Shown piece after piece: positions 56,382 to 64,000 of a stretch of 64,000 nt of DNA. The stretch is taken from NCBI RefSeq assembly GCF_988242995.1, contig NZ_OZ547043.1; one strand, given 5' to 3'. Every line of letters begins with the position of its first letter. Within the stretch, counting starts at the first letter, position 1. A program made the translations under genes and the position numbers. The notes beneath the pieces are model-generated. The model was not told the DNA's origin. It saw only the letters and a list, made by a program, of their open reading frames with translations, and did not search any database.

Positions 56382-59300
56382 GTGAAGTTTTTTGCCCTCT
56401 TCATTTACCGCCCGGTGGCGACGATTTTACTGTCGGTCGCCATTACCCTGTGCGGCATACTGGGCTTCCGTATGCTGCCGGTCGCCCCACTGCCGCAGGT
56501 CGATTTTCCGGTGATTATGGTCAGCGCCTCGCTGCCCGGTGCGTCACCAGAAACAATGGCGTCTTCCGTTGCCACGCCGCTGGAACGTTCGCTTGGGCGC
56601 ATTGCCGGGGTTAGTGAAATGACCTCCAGCAGTTCGCTCGGCAGCACGCGCATTATTTTGCAGTTTGATTTTGACCGCGATATCAACGGCGCAGCGCGCG
56701 ATGTGCAAGCGGCGATCAACGCCGCGCAAAGTTTGCTGCCCAGCGGGATGCCAAGCCGTCCGACCTATCGCAAAGCGAACCCGTCGGATGCGCCAATAAT
56801 GATCCTGACGCTGACGTCCGATACTTATTCGCAGGGTGAACTGTACGATTTCGCCTCGACGCAGTTGGCTCCGACGATTTCGCAAATCGACGGTGTCGGT
56901 GATGTCGATGTTGGCGGCAGCTCGCTGCCCGCCGTACGCGTCGGGCTGAATCCGCAGGCGCTGTTTAATCAGGGCGTGTCGCTGGACGATGTGCGCAGCG
57001 CCATCAGCAATGCCAACGTGCGTAAACCGCAGGGGGCGCTGGAAGATAGCACTCACCGCTGGCAGATCCAGACCAACGATGAGCTAAAAACCGCCGCTGA
57101 ATATCAGCCGTTGATTATTCATTACAACAACGGCGGCGCGGTTCGTCTGGGCGATGTGGCGACGGTGACCGACTCGGTGCAGGATGTGCGCAACGCCGGG
57201 ATGACCAACGCCAAACCGGCTATTTTGCTGATGATCCGCAAGCTGCCGGAAGCCAATATTATCCAGACGGTTGACAGCATCCGGGCAAAATTACCGGAGT
57301 TGCAGGAGACCATTCCGGCGGCGATTGATCTGCAAATTGCCCAGGATCGCTCCCCCACTATTCGCGCCTCGCTGGAGGAAGTAGAGCAAACGCTGATTAT
57401 CTCGGTGGCGCTGGTCATTCTGGTGGTCTTTTTATTCCTGCGCTCGGGTCGCGCCACTATTATTCCCGCCGTTGCGGTGCCGGTTTCGCTGATTGGTACG
57501 TTTGCGGCGATGTACCTGTGCGGTTTCAGTCTCAATAACCTGTCGTTAATGGCGCTCACTATTGCTACTGGTTTCGTGGTGGATGACGCCATCGTGGTGC
57601 TGGAAAACATTGCCCGTCACCTGGAAGCGGGGATGAAACCACTACAGGCCGCACTGCAAGGTACTCGCGAAGTCGGTTTTACGGTGCTGTCGATGAGTCT
57701 GTCACTAGTGGCGGTGTTCCTGCCGCTGCTGTTGATGGGCGGATTGCCGGGCCGACTGTTACGCGAATTTGCCGTGACGCTTTCTGTTGCCATTGGGATT
57801 TCGTTGCTGGTTTCCCTGACGCTAACGCCGATGATGTGCGGCTGGATGCTAAAAGCCAGCAAGCCGCGCGAGCAAAAGCGACTGCGTGGTTTTGGTCGCA
57901 TGTTGGTAGCCCTGCAACAAGGCTATGGCAAGTCGCTGAAATGGGTGCTCAATCATACCCGTCTGGTGGGCGTGGTGCTGCTTGGCACCATTGCGCTGAA
58001 TATCTGGCTATATATCTCGATCCCGAAAACCTTCTTCCCGGAGCAGGACACCGGCGTGTTGATGGGCGGGATACAGGCGGATCAGAGTATTTCGTTTCAG
58101 GCGATGCGCGGTAAGTTGCAGGATTTTATGAAAATTATCCGTGACGATCCGGCGGTGGATAATGTCACCGGCTTTACCGGCGGTTCGCGGGTGAACAGTG
58201 GGATGATGTTTATCACCCTCAAGCCACGCGACGAACGCAGCGAAACGGCGCAGCAAATTATCGACCGTCTGCGCGTAAAACTGGCGAAAGAACCGGGGGC
58301 GAATCTGTTCCTGATGGCGGTACAGGATATTCGCGTTGGCGGACGTCAGTCGAACGCCAGTTACCAGTACACGTTGTTATCCGACGACCTGGCGGCACTG
58401 CGCGAATGGGAGCCGAAAATCCGCAAAAAACTGGCAACGTTGCCGGAACTGGCGGACGTGAACTCCGATCAGCAGGATAACGGCGCGGAGATGAATCTGG
58501 TTTACGACCGCGACACCATGGCGCGGCTGGGAATCGACGTGCAGGCCGCCAACAGCCTGTTAAATAACGCCTTCGGTCAGCGGCAAATCTCGACCATTTA
58601 CCAGCCGATGAACCAGTACAAAGTGGTGATGGAAGTGGATCCGCGCTATACCCAGGACATCAGCGCGCTGGAAAAAATGTTCGTTATCAATAACGAAGGA
58701 AAAGCGATCCCGCTGTCGTATTTCGCTAAATGGCAACCGGCGAATGCTCCGCTGTCGGTGAATCATCAGGGATTATCGGCGGCCTCGACCATTTCGTTTA
58801 ACCTGCCGACCGGGAAATCGCTCTCGGACGCCAGTGCGGCGATCGATCGCGCAATGACCCAGCTTGGTGTGCCTTCGACGGTGCGCGGTAGTTTTGCCGG
58901 CACGGCGCAGGTGTTCCAGGAGACGATGAACTCGCAGGTGATCCTGATTATCGCCGCCATCGCCACGGTGTATATCGTGCTGGGTATCCTTTACGAGAGT
59001 TACGTACATCCGCTGACGATTCTCTCCACCCTGCCCTCGGCGGGCGTTGGAGCGCTGTTGGCGCTGGAGCTGTTCAATGCCCCGTTCAGCCTAATCGCCC
59101 TGATAGGGATCATGCTATTAATCGGCATCGTGAAGAAAAACGCCATTATGATGGTCGATTTTGCGCTTGAAGCCCAACGGCACGGTAACCTGACGCCGCA
59201 GGAAGCTATTTTCCAGGCCTGTCTGCTGCGTTTTCGCCCGATTATGATGACTACCCTGGCGGCGCTGTTTGGTGCGCTGCCGCTGGTATTGTCGGGCGGT

Positions 59301-59459
59301 GACGGCTCGGAGTTGCGGCAACCATTGGGGATCACCATTGTCGGCGGTCTGGTCATGAGCCAGCTTCTGACGCTGTATACCACGCCGGTGGTGTATCTCT
59401 TTTTCGACCGTCTGCGGCTGCGTTTTTCGCGTAAACCTAAACAAGCGGTAACCGAGTAA
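56382..59459 (+). CDS. mdtC: Multidrug efflux RND permease subunit
   Basis: 1025 aa; GTG start preceded by gaggagg; [29 protein letters not shown]. Confidence 0.95.
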   Translation: MKFFALFIYRPVATILLSVAITLCGILGFRMLPVAPLPQVDFPVIMVSASLPGASPETMASSVATPLERSLGRIAGVSEMTSSSSLGSTRIILQFDFDRDINGAARDVQAAINAAQSLLPSGMPSRPTYRKANPSDAPIMILTLTSDTYSQGELYDFASTQLAPTISQIDGVGDVDVGGSSLPAVRVGLNPQALFNQGVSLDDVRSAISNANVRKPQGALEDSTHRWQIQTNDELKTAAEYQPLIIHYNNGGAVRLGDVATVTDSVQDVRNAGMTNAKPAILLMIRKLPEANIIQTVDSIRAKLPELQETIPAAIDLQIAQDRSPTIRASLEEVEQTLIISVALVILVVFLFLRSGRATIIPAVAVPVSLIGTFAAMYLCGFSLNNLSLMALTIATGFVVDDAIVVLENIARHLEAGMKPLQAALQGTREVGFTVLSMSLSLVAVFLPLLLMGGLPGRLLREFAVTLSVAIGISLLVSLTLTPMMCGWMLKASKPREQKRLRGFGRMLVALQQGYGKSLKWVLNHTRLVGVVLLGTIALNIWLYISIPKTFFPEQDTGVLMGGIQADQSISFQAMRGKLQDFMKIIRDDPAVDNVTGFTGGSRVNSGMMFITLKPRDERSETAQQIIDRLRVKLAKEPGANLFLMAVQDIRVGGRQSNASYQYTLLSDDLAALREWEPKIRKKLATLPELADVNSDQQDNGAEMNLVYDRDTMARLGIDVQAANSLLNNAFGQRQISTIYQPMNQYKVVMEVDPRYTQDISALEKMFVINNEGKAIPLSYFAKWQPANAPLSVNHQGLSAASTISFNLPTGKSLSDASAAIDRAMTQLGVPSTVRGSFAGTAQVFQETMNSQVILIIAAIATVYIVLGILYESYVHPLTILSTLPSAGVGALLALELFNAPFSLIALIGIMLLIGIVKKNAIMMVDFALEAQRHGNLTPQEAIFQACLLRFRPIMMTTLAALFGALPLVLSGGDGSELRQPLGITIVGGLVMSQLLTLYTTPVVYLFFDRLRLRFSRKPKQAVTE

Positions 59460-60875
59460 ATGACAGATCTTCCCGACAGCACCCGCTGGCAATTGTGGAT
59501 TGTGGCTTTCGGCTTCTTTATGCAGTCGCTGGACACCACCATCGTTAACACCGCGCTTCCCTCAATGGCGCAAAGCCTCGGGGAAAGTCCGTTGCATATG
59601 CACATGGTCATTGTCTCTTATGTACTGACCGTGGCGGTGATGTTGCCTGCCAGCGGCTGGCTGGCGGACAAAGTCGGCGTACGCAATATTTTCTTTACCG
59701 CCATCGTGCTGTTTACTCTCGGTTCACTGTTTTGCGCGCTTTCCGGCACGCTGAACGAACTGTTGCTGGCACGCGCGTTACAGGGCGTTGGCGGTGCGAT
59801 GATGGTGCCGGTCGGCAGATTGACGGTGATGAAAATCGTACCGCGCGAGCAATATATGGCGGCGATGACCTTTGTCACACTGCCCGGTCAGGTCGGTCCG
59901 CTGCTGGGTCCGGCGCTCGGCGGTCTGCTGGTGGAGTACGCATCGTGGCACTGGATCTTTTTGATCAACATTCCGGTGGGGATTATCGGTGCGATCGCAA
60001 CACTAATGTTGATGCCGAACTACACCATGCAGACGCGGCGCTTCGATCTCTCCGGCTTTTTATTGCTGGCGGTTGGTATGGCGGTATTAACCCTGGCGCT
60101 GGACGGCAGTAAAGGTACAGGTTTATCGCCGCTGGCGATTGCTGGCCTGGTCGCAGTTGGCGTGGTAGCACTGGTGCTTTATTTGCTGCACGCCAGAAAT
60201 AACAACCGCGCCCTGTTCAGTCTGAAACTGTTCCGCACTCGTACCTTTTCGCTGGGCCTGGCGGGGAGTTTTGCCGGACGTATCGGTAGCGGCATGTTGC
60301 CCTTTATGACGCCGGTTTTCCTGCAAATTGGCCTTGGCTTCTCACCGTTTCATGCCGGACTGATGATGATCCCGATGGTGCTTGGCAGCATGGGGATGAA
60401 GCGAATTGTTGTACAGGTGGTGAATCGCTTTGGTTATCGTCGGGTGCTGGTGGCGACCACGCTGGGTCTGTCGCTGGTCACCCTGTTGTTTATGACCACC
60501 GCGCTGCTGGGCTGGTACTACGTTTTACCGTTCGTCCTGTTTTTACAAGGAATGGTCAACTCAACGCGTTTCTCCTCCATGAACACCCTGACGCTGAAAG
60601 ATCTCCCGGACAATCTGGCGAGCAGCGGAAACAGCCTGCTGTCGATGATTATGCAATTGTCGATGAGTATCGGCGTCACCATCGCCGGGCTGTTGCTGGG
60701 GCTTTTTGGTTCGCAGCATGTCAGCGTCGACAGCGGCACCACACAAACCGTCTTTATGTACACCTGGCTTAGCATGGCGTTTATCATCGCCCTTCCGGCG
60801 TTCATCTTTGCCAGAGTGCCGAACGATACGCATCAAAATGTAGCTATTTCGCGGCGAAAAAGGAGCGCGCAATGA
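59460..60875 (+). CDS. mdtD: MFS-family efflux transporter
   Basis: 471 aa; [41 protein letters not shown] (14-TM MFS). Confidence 0.92.
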   Translation: MTDLPDSTRWQLWIVAFGFFMQSLDTTIVNTALPSMAQSLGESPLHMHMVIVSYVLTVAVMLPASGWLADKVGVRNIFFTAIVLFTLGSLFCALSGTLNELLLARALQGVGGAMMVPVGRLTVMKIVPREQYMAAMTFVTLPGQVGPLLGPALGGLLVEYASWHWIFLINIPVGIIGAIATLMLMPNYTMQTRRFDLSGFLLLAVGMAVLTLALDGSKGTGLSPLAIAGLVAVGVVALVLYLLHARNNNRALFSLKLFRTRTFSLGLAGSFAGRIGSGMLPFMTPVFLQIGLGFSPFHAGLMMIPMVLGSMGMKRIVVQVVNRFGYRRVLVATTLGLSLVTLLFMTTALLGWYYVLPFVLFLQGMVNSTRFSSMNTLTLKDLPDNLASSGNSLLSMIMQLSMSIGVTIAGLLLGLFGSQHVSVDSGTTQTVFMYTWLSMAFIIALPAFIFARVPNDTHQNVAISRRKRSAQ

Positions 60876-62275
60876 AGTTCTGGCGACCCGGTATTACCGG
60901 CAAACTGTTTCTGGCGATTTTCGCCACCTGCATTGTCTTGCTGATCAGTATGCACTGGGCGGTGCGTATCAGTTTTGAGCGTGGCTTTATTGATTACATC
61001 AAGCATGGTAATGAACAGCGATTACAACTGTTAAGTGATGCGCTTGGCGAGCAGTATGCGCAGCATGGCAACTGGCGCTTCCTGCGCAACAATGATCGCT
61101 TTGTCTTTCAGATCCTGCGTTCATTTGAACACGAAAATTCGGAAGATAAACCCGGCCCGGGTATGCCGCCGCACGGCTGGCGTACCCAGTTCTGGGTGGT
61201 TGATCAAAACAACAAAGTGCTGGTTGGTCCGCGAGCGCCGATTCCACCTGACGGTACACGGCGACCCATTCTGGTCAACGGTGCGGAAGTGGGTGCGGTG
61301 ATTGCCTCCCCTGTTGAGCGACTGACCCGCAATACTGATATCAATTTCGATAAACAACAGCGGCAAACCAGCTGGCTGATTGTCGCCCTGGCTACGTTAC
61401 TCGCGGCACTCGCCACCTTTCTGCTGGCGCGTGGTCTGTTGGCCCCGGTCAAACGGCTGGTGGACGGCACGCACAAACTGGCGGCGGGCGATTTCACTAC
61501 CCGCGTGACACCCACCAGTGAAGATGAACTGGGCAAACTGGCGCAAGACTTCAACCAGCTTGCCAGCACGCTGGAGAAAAACCAGCAAATGCGGCGCGAT
61601 TTTATGGCCGATATTTCTCACGAACTGCGTACGCCATTAGCGGTGCTGCGCGGTGAACTGGAAGCCATTCAGGATGGCGTGCGTAAATTCACGCCGGAGA
61701 CGGTGGCGTCTTTACAGGCGGAGGTCGGTACACTGACCAAACTGGTTGACGATCTCCATCAGTTGTCGATGTCTGATGAAGGCGCTCTCGCCTATCAAAA
61801 AGCACCGGTAGATTTGATCCCACTGCTGGAAGTAGCGGGCGGCGCATTTCGCGAACGATTCGCCAGCCGTGGCCTGAAACTGCAATTTTCCCTGCCAGAC
61901 AGTATTACCGTATTTGGCGATCGCGACCGTTTAATGCAGTTATTCAATAACTTACTGGAAAACAGCCTGCGCTACACTGACAGCGGCGGTAGCCTGAAAA
62001 TCTCTGCCGAGCAGCACGACAAAACGGTGCGACTGACCTTTGCCGACAGCGCGCCGGGCGTCAGTGACGATCAGCTACAAAAATTGTTTGAACGTTTTTA
62101 TCGCACCGAAGGTTCCCGCAACCGAGCCAGCGGCGGTTCCGGGCTGGGGCTGGCGATTTGCCTGAACATTGTTGAAGCACATAATGGTCGCATTATTGCT
62201 GCCCATTCGCCTTTTGGCGGGGTAAGCATTACAGTAGAGTTACCGCTGGAACGGGATTTACAGAGAGAAGTATGA
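60872..62275 (+). CDS. baeS: Envelope-stress sensor histidine kinase
   Basis: 467 aa; two TM segments, HAMP region, H-box ISHELRTPL, ATPase G-box GGSGLGLAI; overlaps the mdtD stop by 4 nt. Confidence 0.92.
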
Positions 62276-62994
62276 CCGAGTTACCAATCGACGAGAACAC
62301 ACCGCGTATTTTGATCGTGGAAGATGAACCAAAGCTGGGGCAGTTGCTCATTGATTATCTGCGTGCTGCGAGCTATGCGCCGACGCTTATCAGCCACGGC
62401 GATCAGGTACTGCCGTATGTGCGCCAGACACCACCGGATCTGATCCTGCTGGATCTGATGCTCCCTGGCACCGATGGCCTGACGCTGTGCCGGGAAATTC
62501 GTCGTTTTTCTGACATTCCGATCGTGATGGTGACAGCAAAAATCGAAGAGATCGACCGCCTGCTGGGGCTGGAAATTGGCGCTGATGACTACATCTGCAA
62601 ACCGTACAGCCCACGGGAAGTGGTAGCGCGCGTCAAAACCATTTTGCGCCGTTGCAAACCGCAGCGTGAGTTGCAGCAACAGGATGCTGAAAGCCCGTTG
62701 ATTATCGACGAAGGTCGTTTTCAGGCTTCCTGGCGCGGAAAAATGCTTGACCTGACGCCTGCGGAATTTCGTCTGTTGAAAACGCTCTCTCATGAACCAG
62801 GAAAAGTGTTCTCCCGCGAGCAATTGCTCAATCATCTTTATGACGACTACCGCGTAGTAACCGACCGCACCATCGACAGCCACATTAAAAACCTGCGTCG
62901 CAAGCTGGAATCTCTCGACGCCGAACAGTCCTTTATCCGTGCCGTTTACGGCGTCGGTTACCGCTGGGAAGCCGACGCCTGCCGCATCGTTTAA
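62272..62994 (+). CDS. baeR: OmpR-family response regulator
   Basis: 240 aa; receiver domain ([14 protein letters not shown]...[14 protein letters not shown]) with winged-helix C-terminus; overlaps the baeS stop by 4 nt. Confidence 0.95.
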
Positions 62995-63004
62995 CATTTT
63001 TACC

Positions 63005-63038
63005 TGCCGGAGAAGGCATTCACGCCGCATCCGGCAAC
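63005..63038. repeat. REP-like palindrome downstream of baeR
   Basis: gccggagaaggcattcacgccgcatccggcaa. Confidence 0.55.
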
Positions 63039-63173
63039 ATTATCCCGCGCATGGTCAGCAAACTGACATTATCTCTCCGCCCTGGCAACCGCCTGAAAAT
63101 CGCTCATACTTTAATCGGTAAACAGTTCTTTTAGATGCTGTTTTCGATACGCAATTTCAATCAAGGAGTCATT

Positions 63174-63506
63174 ATGGCTGGTTGGTTTGAACTCAGTAAG
63201 AGCAGTGATAATCAGTTCCGGTTTGTGCTAAAAGCGGGCAATGGTGAGACTATCCTCACCAGCGAGCTATATACCTCAAAAGCCTCTGCGGAAAAGGGTA
63301 TCGCGTCGGTGCGTAGCAACAGCCCGCAAGAAGAACGCTATGAGAAAAAAACGGCAAGCAACGGCAAATTCTATTTCAATCTGAAAGCCGCCAATCATCA
63401 AATTATCGGCTCCAGCCAGATGTACGCCACCGCGCAATCTCGTGAAACCGGAATTGCCTCCGTTAAAGCCAATGGCACAAGCCAGACGGTGAAAGACAAT
63501 ACGTAA
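63174..63506 (+). CDS. yegP: Small conserved protein with two tandem DUF1508-type repeats
   Basis: Conserved start MAGWFELSKSSDNQFRFVLKAGNGE at the internal Met with SD aaggag (ORF track begins at 63135), giving 110 aa; two ~50-aa halves share F.L.A.N...I..S..Y.....E.GIASV. Confidence 0.85.
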   Translation: MAGWFELSKSSDNQFRFVLKAGNGETILTSELYTSKASAEKGIASVRSNSPQEERYEKKTASNGKFYFNLKAANHQIIGSSQMYATAQSRETGIASVKANGTSQTVKDNT

Positions 63507-63653
63507 TTACGATGCCGGGCGTGGGTTGTTGGCGTCCGGCGCTTTACCAGCTCCCCCCTACAGCGCTACAATGCCCGCCCTTAAAGTGGGGGCACTCCCC
63601 TGGCCGCTTCATCAGGTGAAGCGGATCTGACCTGTCATCAGAACGAGAGAATT

Positions 63654-64000
63654 ATGTTTAAACCGGAACTCCTTTCCCCGGCGGGAACGCTGAAAAATAT
63701 GCGTTACGCTTTCGCTTATGGCGCAGATGCTGTTTATGCGGGCCAGCCGCGTTACTCCCTGCGTGTGCGCAACAACGAATTTAACCACGAAAATCTTCAG
63801 CTCGGCATCAATGAAGCCCACGCGCTGGGGAAAAAGTTTTATGTCGTGGTCAACATTGCACCGCACAACGCCAAGCTGAAAACCTTTATCCGTGACCTGA
63901 AACCGGTGGTGGAAATGGGGCCGGATGCGCTGATTATGTCTGATCCAGGGCTGATTATGCTGGTGCGCGAGCACTTCCCTGAAATGCCGATCCATCTCTC
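63654..64000 (+). CDS. yegQ: U32-family peptidase/tRNA hydroxylation protein, 5' partial (runs off the window)
   Basis: Open frame from ATG 63654 with SD gagag: MFKPELLSPAGTLKNMRYAFAYGADAVYAGQPRYSLRVRNNEF...; no stop before the window end, so absent from the ORF track. Confidence 0.8.
   Translation, partial: MFKPELLSPAGTLKNMRYAFAYGADAVYAGQPRYSLRVRNNEFNHENLQLGINEAHALGKKFYVVVNIAPHNAKLKTFIRDLKPVVEMGPDALIMSDPGLIMLVREHFPEMPIHL

Noticed and set aside
56544-59611. Several minus-strand ORFs of 160-200 aa (56544-57056, 57122-57610, 59000-59611)
   Set aside because: All are antisense to mdtC or mdtD; spurious.
62281-63030. 249-aa minus-strand ORF
   Set aside because: Antisense to baeR; spurious.
63612-63995. 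127-aa minus-strand ORF
   Set aside because: Antisense to the conserved 5' end of yegQ; spurious.

Overview
This window reads as an Escherichia coli-type chromosomal segment and I do not see a convincing wholly undescribed system in it. No search was run; gene names come from recognising conserved protein sequences in the ORF track and from reading motifs directly. Layout: ugd and gnd (minus strand); an AT-rich, strain-specific O-antigen cluster (rmlA, acetyltransferase, wzy, GT2, wzx, orphan ORF, SDR reductase, rmlC, rmlB) with a JUMPstart/ops element; galF; the complete colanic acid cluster wcaM to wza, with REP/BIME repeats and a second JUMPstart/ops; then yegH, asmA, dcd, udk, dgcE, alkA, yegD, the yegI-yegK-yegL kinase/phosphatase/vWA operon, mdtABCD-baeSR, yegP and the start of yegQ. 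The most interesting locus is three tandem ~330-bp Sib/Ibs type I toxin-antitoxin units between yegL and mdtA. Their 18-19 codon toxin ORFs are below the ORF-track cutoff, and the third copy encodes an Ibs variant that is neither IbsA nor IbsB as I recall them. Secondary candidates are the unassigned 332-aa O-antigen ORF, the non-RmlD reductase next to rmlC, and the tightly coupled yegI-yegK-yegL module lacking yegJ. No rRNA, tRNA, CRISPR array, IS element or integrase was found.
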